Below are positions 8,919 through 17,800 of a stretch of 42,838 nucleotides of DNA, piece after piece. The stretch comes from Acidimicrobiia bacterium (GTDB lineage Bacteria; Actinomycetota; Acidimicrobiia; Acidimicrobiales; AC-14), in NCBI GenBank assembly GCA_019244985.1, contig JAFASB010000142.1, positions 1 to 42,838 on the forward strand, written 5' to 3'. Position numbers and translations under genes: made by a program. Each line of letters opens with the position of its first letter. Positions within the stretch are counted from its first letter, which is position 1. The notes under the pieces were generated by a model. It ran no database searches and was not told the DNA's origin. It was given only the letters and a program-made list of their open reading frames with translations.

Positions 8919-10166
8919 ATGAACGATGTGGTGCTCAGCCTGGAGGGTGTGAGCAAGCGATACGTCAAGCTCGACGAAAAGGCCATGCTGCTGCGCTCGC
9001 TGCTGCCGTTCGCCCGTCCGGCGCGGTCCGAGCTGTGGGCGCTGCGCGATGTCGACCTCGTGGTGCGGCAAGGCGAGACGGTGGGGCTCATCGGCCGGAA
9101 CGGGGCCGGGAAGACGACGCTCCTGCGTCTCCTCGCGGGGGTGACCCGGCCGTCGGCCGGACGCGTCACCGTCGCCGGCCGCATCGCTCCGCTCATCAGC
9201 GTCGGCGTGGGCTTCCATCCGGAGATGTCGGGCCGGGAGAACGTCTACGTCAACGGCATGCTGCTCGGTCTCAGCAGCAAGCAGATCAGCGAGCGACTCG
9301 ACGACATCGTGAGCTTCGCCGAGCTCGAGCGCTTCATCGACACGCCGGTCAAGTTCTATTCGTCGGGGATGTACATGCGCCTCGGGTTCTCGGTCGCGAT
9401 CTCCGCGGATCCTGACGTGCTCCTCGTCGACGAGGTGCTTGCGGTCGGCGACCTTGCGTTCCAGCTGCGCTGCTTCGACCGCATGCGTCAGATCCAGGAG
9501 CGGGGCGCCACCATCCTGCTCGTGAGCCACTCGATGCAGGCCATCCGAAACCTCTGCCCGCGCGCCGTCGTACTCCGCGAGGGGCGCGTCGAATACGACG
9601 GCGAGGTGTCCGACGCGATCGGGCGCCATCACGAGCTGATGAGCGCCGACGTAGCCGCGGGGGCGGTCCGCACCGCAGTCGACGTCGAGCACGCGGTCGT
9701 CACCGGTGGCGCCCGCATCGTCGACCGCCGGCTGCTGAGCGGAGGCCACGTCGTGCACCACGCAACCGTCGACGAGACGCTCACGTTCGAGGCAAGGGTG
9801 ACGTTCGACCGGTCGGTCGACAGCCCGCAACTCTTCTTCTCGGTGCTCCGGGACGACGGCCGCCTCGCCTATTCGCTGTTCACCGAGCCTGAGCAGCGCT
9901 ACCAGTCCTACGCCGCCGGCGATGTTGCCGATGTCAGGGTGCGCTTCAACTGCCGCCTCGGGGGTGGCACCTACAAGCTGGTGCTCCAGGTCCTCACGAG
10001 CGACGGACGCCAGATGCTCGAGCCCGACGACGCCGGCCTCCTGTTCTTCGTGGCCCCGGCGCCCGGCTCCGCCGGCCTCACCCACCTGGGAGCCGAGATC
10101 ACCGTCGACGGTCAGGCCGTCAGCGACTACGGCGAGTTCACCCTCGGCCGACGCCAAGCCCCTTGA
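8919..10166 (+). CDS. wzt: Polysaccharide ABC transporter ATPase with C-terminal Wzt_C-type domain
   Basis: GRNGAGKTT, YSSGMYMRLGF, LVDEVLAVGD, VSH; about 170-aa beta-rich C-terminal extension. Confidence 0.93.
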   Translation: MNDVVLSLEGVSKRYVKLDEKAMLLRSLLPFARPARSELWALRDVDLVVRQGETVGLIGRNGAGKTTLLRLLAGVTRPSAGRVTVAGRIAPLISVGVGFHPEMSGRENVYVNGMLLGLSSKQISERLDDIVSFAELERFIDTPVKFYSSGMYMRLGFSVAISADPDVLLVDEVLAVGDLAFQLRCFDRMRQIQERGATILLVSHSMQAIRNLCPRAVVLREGRVEYDGEVSDAIGRHHELMSADVAAGAVRTAVDVEHAVVTGGARIVDRRLLSGGHVVHHATVDETLTFEARVTFDRSVDSPQLFFSVLRDDGRLAYSLFTEPEQRYQSYAAGDVADVRVRFNCRLGGGTYKLVLQVLTSDGRQMLEPDDAGLLFFVAPAPGSAGLTHLGAEITVDGQAVSDYGEFTLGRRQAP

Positions 10167-10179
10167 CGAGAGACCCGCG

Positions 10180-11169
10180 TCAGAGGACCAGTGTGCGGCT
10201 GCGGGCGCTGCCGACCAGTAGGGCCCCGGCGGCGACGGTATCGAGTGCGAAGCGCAGGGCGAAACCGGCAGCGACGGTGGCCGGCGCCGGTGCGACCGGA
10301 ACGCTGCGGCTGCGGCGCGCCTGCAGAAATCCCCAGACCGCGAGGGATGCCGCGGCGGCGCGACCGCGTCCCGTGCCGGCCGCAACGGCGGCCGTGTACA
10401 GCGGCGCCCGGCTCCAGTTGCCGAGCACGTAGCGGTGGCGGAACAACGGCATGTCTCGCAGCTCGGGGACCTCTCGCACGAGTGCGGGGAAGGCCGCCAT
10501 CTGGACCGTACGGCTGACCATGTCGCTCACGTCGATCGGGAACACGGCGTGCTCGACGACCGCGTCCGGCACATAGGCGGCCCGCCCGGCGCGCCGGACG
10601 CGCCACGCCAGGATCGTGTCCTCGCCGAACCCGAGACCGCGGGCGCGCGCCCAAGGGCGGAACCCGAGACGCGCCGCAGCGTCGACGTCGAACCCGCCCG
10701 CAGCGTCGTAGGCGCGGCGCCGGTAGAAGACGTTGCACGTCGGATACAGCCCTTCTTCACCCGCCGCCAGGCTGCGCTCGTGGAGGGCGACGGCCCGGGC
10801 GGGTCGCGTGACGCCGTTGACGACGTCGGCGCCGCTGTCGAGGGCACCGACGCCCGCGGCCAGCCAACCGGGATGCGGGACACAGTCGCTGTCGGTGAAC
10901 GCCAGGTACTCAGCGGTCGAGACGGCGACGCCGGTGCAACGGCCGGCGACGGCGCCCGAGCCCGTATTGGCGACGAGCCGCACGTTGCGTCCCGCCGCCG
11001 CGTCGGCGGCCACCTCCTCGGGAGCGCCGTCGGTGGACCCGTCGTCGACGACGATGACCTCGAAGTCCCGGTAGGTCTGGGCCGAAAGGGCGTCGAGCAG
11101 CTGGCGCAACAGGGCACGGCGGTTGCGCACGGGCACGACGACCGAGACCCGCGCGCCGGTGTCAGCCAT
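10180..11169 (-). CDS. Glycosyltransferase family 2
   Basis: VSVVVPVRNR, VVDDGSTD, FTDSDC, GEDTILAWR; start MADTG at 11169. Confidence 0.9.
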   Translation of the reverse strand: MADTGARVSVVVPVRNRRALLRQLLDALSAQTYRDFEVIVVDDGSTDGAPEEVAADAAAGRNVRLVANTGSGAVAGRCTGVAVSTAEYLAFTDSDCVPHPGWLAAGVGALDSGADVVNGVTRPARAVALHERSLAAGEEGLYPTCNVFYRRRAYDAAGGFDVDAAARLGFRPWARARGLGFGEDTILAWRVRRAGRAAYVPDAVVEHAVFPIDVSDMVSRTVQMAAFPALVREVPELRDMPLFRHRYVLGNWSRAPLYTAAVAAGTGRGRAAAASLAVWGFLQARRSRSVPVAPAPATVAAGFALRFALDTVAAGALLVGSARSRTLVL

Positions 11170-11199
11170 CACCCGTGCTGCACCATCACCCGTGCTGCA
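11166..11199. repeat. Perfect 17-bp tandem duplication (ccatcacccgtgctgca x2) at the epimerase/GT2 junction
   Basis: Copies at 11166-11182 and 11183-11199. Confidence 0.95.
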
Positions 11200-11641
11200 G
11201 TGACCAGTCGTAGGGGATGTCGGGCGTGAAGGGGTCCTTGCGCAGGATCTCGTCGGGGGTGTGGGCCTCTGTGGCGCAGTTGGCCACGAGCGCGGCGCTG
11301 TCGCCCATACCTTTGAAGCCGTTCCAGACACCGGGCGGGATCGTCACCAGCTTGTAGTCGAGCTCGCCGACGAAGAGCTCGACCAGCGCGCCGCGCGTCG
11401 ACGAATCATCGCGGTCGTCGTAGCAGACGAGCTTCACCATCCCGACGGGGACGGCGTAGTTGAGCGTCATGCGCCGGTGCACGTGCCAACCCTTGATCGC
11501 CCCGGGGTACACGAGTGAGAAGTAGATCTCGCCGAAGCGTTCGAAGTGCTCGGCGTCGGCACGCAACATGTGCAGCACCGCACCCCGCTCGTCGGCGATT
11601 CGCCGCAGCGGCGTGACCACGAGACCGTCGATGTCGCTCAT
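11186..11641 (-). CDS. rfbC: NDP-4-keto-6-deoxyhexose 3,5-epimerase family (RmlC/RfbC-like cupin)
   Basis: DERG, FGEIYFS, IKGWHVH, YDDRDDSSTRG, IPPGVWNGF; ATGA overlap with upstream gene. Confidence 0.85.
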   Translation of the reverse strand: MSDIDGLVVTPLRRIADERGAVLHMLRADAEHFERFGEIYFSLVYPGAIKGWHVHRRMTLNYAVPVGMVKLVCYDDRDDSSTRGALVELFVGELDYKLVTIPPGVWNGFKGMGDSAALVANCATEAHTPDEILRKDPFTPDIPYDWSLQHG

Positions 11642-12519
11642 GCCGGGAGCTCCTCGCGGTGGGCGAGGCAGAAGGCGGCGGTTTCCTCGACGGCTGCGGA
11701 CAGGTCCCCGTCGGCGCGCAGTCCCAGGTCGGCGAGACGCTGCACGGACACGCGGTGGGGCTGCGGGCGTTCGTCGGGGCCTTCGGGCGCGTGCAGCGGC
11801 GGGCGGTCGCCGGTGAGCGCCTCGAAGGCGTCCTGCACGAGCTCGGCCAGGTTGCGCACGGTCGTCGGCGTGCCCGACCCAAGGTTGTAGGTACCCGCCG
11901 GCACGGCCTCGGGGTCGGCGGCTGCTTCCAGGATTCGGACTGCGTCGGCCATGGGGACGAAGTCCCGCCACTGCCAGCCGTGCGAGCGGAGGCGGAGCGC
12001 GCCAGTCAGCGCCGCCTGGCGGCACAGGTCGTTGGCCACGAGCGTCCAGCGCTGCACGTCTGCGCGGCCAGGGGCACCGACGGCATTGGTGAGCCGGAGG
12101 ACGACGAGATCGAGGTCGTGGGACGCGGCGGCGTGCTCCGAAGCGAGGCGGGCAACGGCATAGGCGCCGCGCGGCGCCGGCATCGTCGACTCGTCGAGCA
12201 CGGCGCCCTCGACGGGCGGCCCGTAGACGTGGACGGTCGACACGTACACGAAGCGGCGGACGCCGCCCTCGGCCGCGGCCCTTGCCGTCCGCCACGTGGT
12301 CGAGACGGTCTCGGCCAGCGCCAGTTCGGGGTTCTCCGCGGCGAGGATCTCGTTCGCCCCTGCCAGGTGGACCACGGCGTCGGCCGACGTGCACGCCTCC
12401 TTCAGCCCGGCGGCATCGGTGGTTCGATCGACGACGACCACACGGTGACGTTCGCGCAGGGCTGTCTCGAGCCTCCCGCCCACGTAGCCGCGCGCTCCGG
12501 TGACGACGACCGTGCTCAT
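11638..12519 (-). CDS. NAD-dependent epimerase/dehydratase (extended SDR), probable NDP-4-keto-sugar reductase
   Basis: VTGARGYVG, VVHLAG, YVSTVHVYG, RDFV, YNLGSG; catalytic motif is YAVAR. Confidence 0.85.
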   Translation of the reverse strand: MSTVVVTGARGYVGGRLETALRERHRVVVVDRTTDAAGLKEACTSADAVVHLAGANEILAAENPELALAETVSTTWRTARAAAEGGVRRFVYVSTVHVYGPPVEGAVLDESTMPAPRGAYAVARLASEHAAASHDLDLVVLRLTNAVGAPGRADVQRWTLVANDLCRQAALTGALRLRSHGWQWRDFVPMADAVRILEAAADPEAVPAGTYNLGSGTPTTVRNLAELVQDAFEALTGDRPPLHAPEGPDERPQPHRVSVQRLADLGLRADGDLSAAVEETAAFCLAHREELPA

Positions 12520-13502
12520 GGCTCGTCGAGGTAGTCGCGGTACCACGCCACCGTCCGCTCGAAGGCTTCGCCGACCGCGAACGTCGGCTCCCATCGGATG
12601 AGGCGCTTGGCCTTGTCCGACGAAAGCGACTGATGGGGGATCTCGTCCTTGGCCGAGCCGAGCACCTCGGGCTCGAGGTCGGTGCGTCCCGTCACACGGC
12701 CGAGGAGGTCGACCACCTCGAGCACGCTCATCGGGGCCCCGGTGGCGAAGTTGAACGGCTCGCCGGCGAGGGAGGGGTCGTCGGTCATGGCCTCGGCGAG
12801 ACGGAGGTAGGCCAGCGCCGCGTCCTCGATGTACACGTAGTCCCGCGTGTACGTGCCGTCGGACCTGACGACGGGGCGTTCGCCACGCAGCAGCGACCGG
12901 GCGGTACCGGGGACGAGTCGGGCCCAGTTGACGTCACCCGGTCCGTAAAAGTTCCCGCACCGCACGGCCGAGACGGGCAGCTCGAACACGGCGTGGTAGC
13001 TCGTGCACAGCAGATCGGCGCACGCCTTCGACATGTCGTAGGGGTGCACCGGCTGGAGCGGCATGTCCTCGGTGTAGGGCAGCTGCGGCTGGGCGCCGTA
13101 GGCCTTGTCGCTGCTCGCCACGAGCACCGCAGACACGCGCGGCGAACGGCGACACGCCTCGAGGACGGTCCACGTCCCGCGTACGTTGCTCTCGAACGTC
13201 GAGACCGGGTTGCGGTTCGCGACCTCGACCTGGGTCTGGGCGGCCAGATGGAAGACGGTCGCCACCGCGTACTCACCGAGGACACGCTCCAGCAGCTCCT
13301 GGTCGCGCACGTCGCCGCGGACCTCGGCGACCCGGCCCCGCCAGCTCGCGGCGACAGGCGTGGGCGGGACGTCGTCGCGCACCAGCACGACGACCTCGGC
13401 GCCCAGATCGCGCAGCATCGCCGTGAGATGACTACCGAGGAACCCCGTGGCTCCGGTGACCAGCACCGGTCGGTCGCGCCAGAGGGCGCCGTTCGGGGTC
13501 AC
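12516..13502 (-). CDS. rfbG: CDP-glucose 4,6-dehydratase-like SDR
   Basis: LVTGATGFLGS, FHLAAQ, SSDKAYG, YDMSK, RCGNFYGPGD; GTGA-coupled to rfbF. Confidence 0.82.
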   Translation of the reverse strand: MTPNGALWRDRPVLVTGATGFLGSHLTAMLRDLGAEVVVLVRDDVPPTPVAASWRGRVAEVRGDVRDQELLERVLGEYAVATVFHLAAQTQVEVANRNPVSTFESNVRGTWTVLEACRRSPRVSAVLVASSDKAYGAQPQLPYTEDMPLQPVHPYDMSKACADLLCTSYHAVFELPVSAVRCGNFYGPGDVNWARLVPGTARSLLRGERPVVRSDGTYTRDYVYIEDAALAYLRLAEAMTDDPSLAGEPFNFATGAPMSVLEVVDLLGRVTGRTDLEPEVLGSAKDEIPHQSLSSDKAKRLIRWEPTFAVGEAFERTVAWYRDYLDEP

Positions 13503-14296
13503 GCCCACACCTTCCAGGGCGCCTTGCCCGAGTCCCACAGCTCGGTGAGCAGCTCGTGCTCACGCGGCGTGTCCATCGGCTGCCAGAACCCGGTGTGCTC
13601 GTACGCAACCAGTTCGCCGTCGGCCGCCAGCCGCGCCATCGGCTCGCGCTCGAGCATGACGTTGGCATCGGCGGGGACGTACCGGTCGATGGCCTCCTTC
13701 TCGAACACCATGAACCCGCCGCTGATCGCGCCAGTGCTCGTCTGCGGCTTCTCCTCGAACGAACGCACGCGCCCGTCGGATGACAGGTCCAACTCGCCGA
13801 AACGGCCGGGTGGACGGACCGCAGTCACGGTCGCCAGCTTGCCGTGGTCGCGGTGGAAGGCGAGGAGTGCAGCGAGGTCGACGTCGCCGACGCAGTCGCC
13901 GTACGTCACCATCACGGGTCCGGCGTCCAGACGCCGCGCCGCTCGGCGCACGCGCGTGCCGGTCAACGAGTCGAGCCCGGTGTCGACACACGTGACGCGC
14001 CACCCGAGCTCGTCGTGGTCACCGTGGAAGGCGATCGTCTCCGGACGACCGAGCTCGATGGTGAAGTCCGATGCCATGGCCCGGTAGTGCAGGAAGTACT
14101 CGCGGATCACGTCGCCGAGATAGCCGAGGGCGAGCACGAAGTCGTCGTGGCCGGCCGCCGCGTAGAGCTTCATGATGTGCCACAGCACGGGCTGTGAACC
14201 GATGGGCAGCATGGCCTTCGGGAGCTCTCGGCCGAGGCCGGCCATGCGAGTGCCCCGCCCGCCGCAGAGGATGACGGTGGGCACGCGTTCGCTCAC
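13499..14296 (-). CDS. rfbF: Glucose-1-phosphate cytidylyltransferase
   Basis: ILCGGRGTR, ALGYLGDVIREYF, DTGLDSLTG, TYGD, GFWQPMDT.RE, W.SGKAPWKVW. Confidence 0.93.
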   Translation of the reverse strand: MSERVPTVILCGGRGTRMAGLGRELPKAMLPIGSQPVLWHIMKLYAAAGHDDFVLALGYLGDVIREYFLHYRAMASDFTIELGRPETIAFHGDHDELGWRVTCVDTGLDSLTGTRVRRAARRLDAGPVMVTYGDCVGDVDLAALLAFHRDHGKLATVTAVRPPGRFGELDLSSDGRVRSFEEKPQTSTGAISGGFMVFEKEAIDRYVPADANVMLEREPMARLAADGELVAYEHTGFWQPMDTPREHELLTELWDSGKAPWKVWA

Positions 14297-15237
14297 GGGC
14301 GTGCCTCTCTGATCACGCGCGCCCTGTTGACGGCCGCTTCCCGGAGGAAGCCAGCGGTATGGACGACTGACAGAGCGGCACCCATGGCCACATCAGCGTG
14401 CCACGGCCCCTCCCTGGCGCGGTCGCCAAGCAGGCGCTCGAGGTGGATGAGGATCCCTTTGGCGCCGCCCAGGGGACGCCGGGCGTTGACCTCGCGGTCG
14501 AGCAGCCAGTCGGAGCGGCCCTGGGCGTATGTGCGCTTCACGAAGTACCTCGGACGCACGCGTTCGGGCGGAACCTCGTGGGTGACGGCCGCCTCCGGGA
14601 CGTAGCGGACGCGCCCGCCGATCGCCCAGAACCGCCGGCACAGGTCGACGTCCTCGTTGAAGAAGATCGGGACCCGCTGGGCGGGGCCGAGCACGGGGTC
14701 GAATCCGCCGGTCTCTCGCAGGAGGTCGCTGCGGAATGCGGCGCTGGCGGTCAGCACGAAGTCGCCCTCGGGCAGTTCCTTCTCGACGTCGCCGCGGCTG
14801 TACTCCGACAGACAACCGCGCCAGTCGCGGCTCACCCAATGGGGGAGCGTCACCGCCGGGTCGAGGACGACCGGTCCTCCCGCACCCTCGCTGCGGCCCT
14901 CGAGAATCGGTTTGGTCAACGCGCCCAACCACGTCGACGACACCGTGACGTCGTCGTCGACGAACGCCACCACGTCACCCTTGGCCGCCTCGATGCCCGT
15001 GTTCCTCGCGTAGGCGGCGCCGCGCTTCGCCTCACGCAGGAGCGTGACCGACGCCGGGATCGTCGGCGCCAGCGCTTGGACGACCGGCCCGGCGTCTTCG
15101 GACGCGTCGTTGTCGACGACGAGCAACTCCCACTCGACGCCGGGGTCGTCCTGCGAGGCCAACGAGCTCAGCGCTCGCGCCAGCGCGTCCGGCCGGCGGA
15201 ACGTCGGGAGAACGACTGTGACCGCGGGCCCGCTCAT
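14293..15237 (-). CDS. Glycosyltransferase family 2
   Basis: VVLPTFRR, VVDND, GAAYARNTG, FVDDDV, GGFDPVLG, NEDVDL; start MSGPAV at 15237. Confidence 0.9.
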   Translation of the reverse strand: MSGPAVTVVLPTFRRPDALARALSSLASQDDPGVEWELLVVDNDASEDAGPVVQALAPTIPASVTLLREAKRGAAYARNTGIEAAKGDVVAFVDDDVTVSSTWLGALTKPILEGRSEGAGGPVVLDPAVTLPHWVSRDWRGCLSEYSRGDVEKELPEGDFVLTASAAFRSDLLRETGGFDPVLGPAQRVPIFFNEDVDLCRRFWAIGGRVRYVPEAAVTHEVPPERVRPRYFVKRTYAQGRSDWLLDREVNARRPLGGAKGILIHLERLLGDRAREGPWHADVAMGAALSVVHTAGFLREAAVNRARVIREARP

Positions 15238-15244
15238 GGAGCGG

Positions 15245-16084
15245 TCAGCCCTGCCGTCGGGCGGCCAGCTGTTCGAGGGCGACGTCGGGTACGTCGAGGT
15301 CGCCGCGGCCGATCCCGATCTGCAGATCCGGCTTGTAGGTGCCGTGGTGGTCGGAGCCGCCCGTGACGACCAGACCGTGGCGTGCCGCCAGGTCGGCGAC
15401 GCCCTGGCGCTCCTCGGGTGTGTAGCGCCCGTAGATCGCCTCGGCGCCGGCGAGGCCGAGGTCGGCGAGCTCGCCGATGGTCCGGTCGAGGTCGGCGGGC
15501 CCGAGCCCAAGGCTCAGCGGGTGGGCGAGGACGGGCACGGCGTTGGAATCGATGGCCAGGCGGATGGCCTGGTCCGGGTAGAGGCGCTCCTTCTCGACGT
15601 AGCCGGGCTGGCCCTTGGCGAGGTACCGGTCGAACGCCTCCTGGATGGTGCCGACAACGCCGTTGCGGACGAGGACGGCGGCCACGTGGGGCCTGCCGAT
15701 GCCCTTGCCCCCCGCCTCGGACTCGACCTCCTCGGGCGTGATCGGGAGCCCGAGCTCGTCGGATAGCCGTCGGAACATGCGGGCGTTGCGGGCGTCCCGC
15801 GCCTCCTGCAACCGGATCAGCTCCTCCTCGAGCGCCCCACCGGCCTCGACGAAGTAGATCAGCACGTGCATCGTCCCCTTGGGGACCTCGCAGGAGATCT
15901 CGGTTCCCCGGACGAGCTCGACGCCGACTTCCGCCGCCCGCTTGGCGGCGTCCTCCAAGCCGTCCATGCGGTCGTGGTCGGTGAGCGCGACGGCCTTGCA
16001 GCCGTTCGCGGCTGCCAGCTCCGGAATGCGCTCGGGCGGGTCGGACCCGTCGGACGCGGTCGAATGGGTGTGCAGGTCGATCAT
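15245..16084 (-). CDS. PHP-domain metal-dependent phosphoesterase (TrpH/YciV-like)
   Basis: DLHTHSTASDG, ALTDHD, GRPH, EAFDRYL, VLAHP, TGGSDHHG. Confidence 0.9.
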   Translation of the reverse strand: MIDLHTHSTASDGSDPPERIPELAAANGCKAVALTDHDRMDGLEDAAKRAAEVGVELVRGTEISCEVPKGTMHVLIYFVEAGGALEEELIRLQEARDARNARMFRRLSDELGLPITPEEVESEAGGKGIGRPHVAAVLVRNGVVGTIQEAFDRYLAKGQPGYVEKERLYPDQAIRLAIDSNAVPVLAHPLSLGLGPADLDRTIGELADLGLAGAEAIYGRYTPEERQGVADLAARHGLVVTGGSDHHGTYKPDLQIGIGRGDLDVPDVALEQLAARRQG

Positions 16085-16094
16085 GTCTCTCGTC

Positions 16095-16877
16095 TCACGA
16101 ACGCAATGACAGGTAGGCGTCGGCCATCCGGCGCCCCAGGGTCTGTACCGAGGTGGTGTCGTAGTGCAGACCGTCGGCCAGCGTCAGATCGTCGGTGTCG
16201 ACTGCCTTCACCTTCGGGAGGAGGCGGGCGATGTCGTCCTGGGCGGCGCGAACCGTGAACGAATACTGCTCGCTGAGGCGGACGCGGCCGAGCACGAACG
16301 GGAGCGCGTTGTTGCCAAGGTCCCTCCGAACGTGGTCGATCAGCCCTCGGAGGTTGCTGTCGTACACAGCCGAGGTGTCTGTGTTGATCCCGTCGGTCTC
16401 GCCCTGCATCCAGAACACGCCGGCCACCTTCGCGCGGTTGCCCCCAACGGGGACCGTGAGGGCGTCGGACACCGCGTTCTGGAGCCGGACGTAGAGCCCG
16501 TCGGGCTTCGACGGGTCCCACTCGGTGACCAACGACGAACCGTTGACCGCGACCTTGACGGCAGCGACCTTCGTGCCCAGTTTCGACGCCAGCTCCCGAA
16601 GGGCGGTGACGTCAGGGCCGAAGGCGCCCGGTATGTCGCCCGCCGGGATGGCGGTCGTCCACGCCCGCGCTGCGTCGTCCCAGTACTCGACCCGCTTGTC
16701 AGGTCGCGCCAGCGCGGGCGGCGCCAAGCTGAACCGCGCGCCTGCTCCCACCATGTTCGACTGCCCGGCGAAGATGAACAGCGGCACCGTGCGGTGACTC
16801 CCGCCCCTCGTCGTCGCGATGGCGACAACGACCAGCACGGCGACGGCGGCCAGCCCGATGGCGACGCGCCTGGTCAC
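16095..16877 (-). CDS. Membrane-anchored/secreted SGNH carbohydrate esterase (sialate O-acetylesterase/CE6-like)
   Basis: N-terminal hydrophobic helix; GQSNM, WMQGETD, DGLHY motifs. Confidence 0.88.
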   Translation of the reverse strand: MTRRVAIGLAAVAVLVVVAIATTRGGSHRTVPLFIFAGQSNMVGAGARFSLAPPALARPDKRVEYWDDAARAWTTAIPAGDIPGAFGPDVTALRELASKLGTKVAAVKVAVNGSSLVTEWDPSKPDGLYVRLQNAVSDALTVPVGGNRAKVAGVFWMQGETDGINTDTSAVYDSNLRGLIDHVRRDLGNNALPFVLGRVRLSEQYSFTVRAAQDDIARLLPKVKAVDTDDLTLADGLHYDTTSVQTLGRRMADAYLSLRS

Positions 16878-16883
16878 GGCGCC

Positions 16884-16889
16884 AACCTA
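16884..16889 (-). promoter_or_regulatory. Putative -10 box (TAGGTT), leaderless arrangement
   Basis: TANNNT 6 nt before GTG 16877. Confidence 0.55.
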
Positions 16890-17010
16890 CCGGCGACCGG
16901 TCGTGTGAATTGGCCCAGACCGGGCGGTTGGCGACGGTCGACCGCATCCAGTACGGAGATACACTTCGAAACGCGTTCGGCGACGCGTCGATGCAGAAGG
17001 GCCCCCATCC

Positions 17011-17787
17011 TTGGAGCTGCACCGCTATCTCTCGATCCTCCGGCGACGGCTGGTCGTCGTCGTGCTGGCCGTGCTGGTCTGCGCGGCCGCGGCCTGGGCG
17101 GCGACGCCGAAGAAGGCGCAGTACTCCGCCCAGAGCGTGATCTACATCGGTGCCCAGAAGTACGCGCTGAACCCCGGCGGCGGTGCGGCGCAATACACAA
17201 TCGATCCGACGCTCGTCGTCAAGAACATCATGTCGACCTACCAGGCGATGCTCCACAGCGAGCCGATCGCCAGCGACGCCATTCAGCTCGCGCACGTACC
17301 CCTCTCGTCCGACGAGGTGCTGAGCCGCACCACGGTGGCACCCGACAAGGACACCCAGCTTCTCGACGTGACGGTCAAGGACGACATCCCCGAGCGGGCG
17401 CGTCGCCTGGCGGATTCCCTTTCGCAGGCGTTCGTCTCGAAGATCCAGTCATTGGACACGTCGAGCAACGCGCCGGTGCAGGAGGGAACGCTTCCGGGCG
17501 TGCCCGCCTACGTGTTCGAGCGGGCCAAGCTCCCTTCCCAGCCGGATTCGAGCGGCCTGGCCCGCAACATGGTGCTCGGCGGCCTGTTCGGACTCATGAC
17601 CTCGATCGGCATCGTGTTCCTGCTCGAGTACCTCGACCTGACCATCAAGAGCCCGGCCGAGGCCGAGCGACGGCTGCAGCTCCCGGTCCTCGCCGTGATC
17701 CCATTCGACCGCGACCACCCCGACGTCGACGCCGTGGCGACGTCCCGAAGCGGGCAAGAGCCCGCCCCGGCGCGCAGCATCGTCTGA
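17011..17787 (+). CDS. Polysaccharide co-polymerase (Wzz/CapA/CpsC family)
   Basis: MELHRYLSILRRR, two TM segments flanking an extracellular loop, LEYLDLTIKS..LPVLAVIP. Confidence 0.9.
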   Translation: MELHRYLSILRRRLVVVVLAVLVCAAAAWAATPKKAQYSAQSVIYIGAQKYALNPGGGAAQYTIDPTLVVKNIMSTYQAMLHSEPIASDAIQLAHVPLSSDEVLSRTTVAPDKDTQLLDVTVKDDIPERARRLADSLSQAFVSKIQSLDTSSNAPVQEGTLPGVPAYVFERAKLPSQPDSSGLARNMVLGGLFGLMTSIGIVFLLEYLDLTIKSPAEAERRLQLPVLAVIPFDRDHPDVDAVATSRSGQEPAPARSIV

Positions 17788-17800
17788 TGCGAGGTCGACT

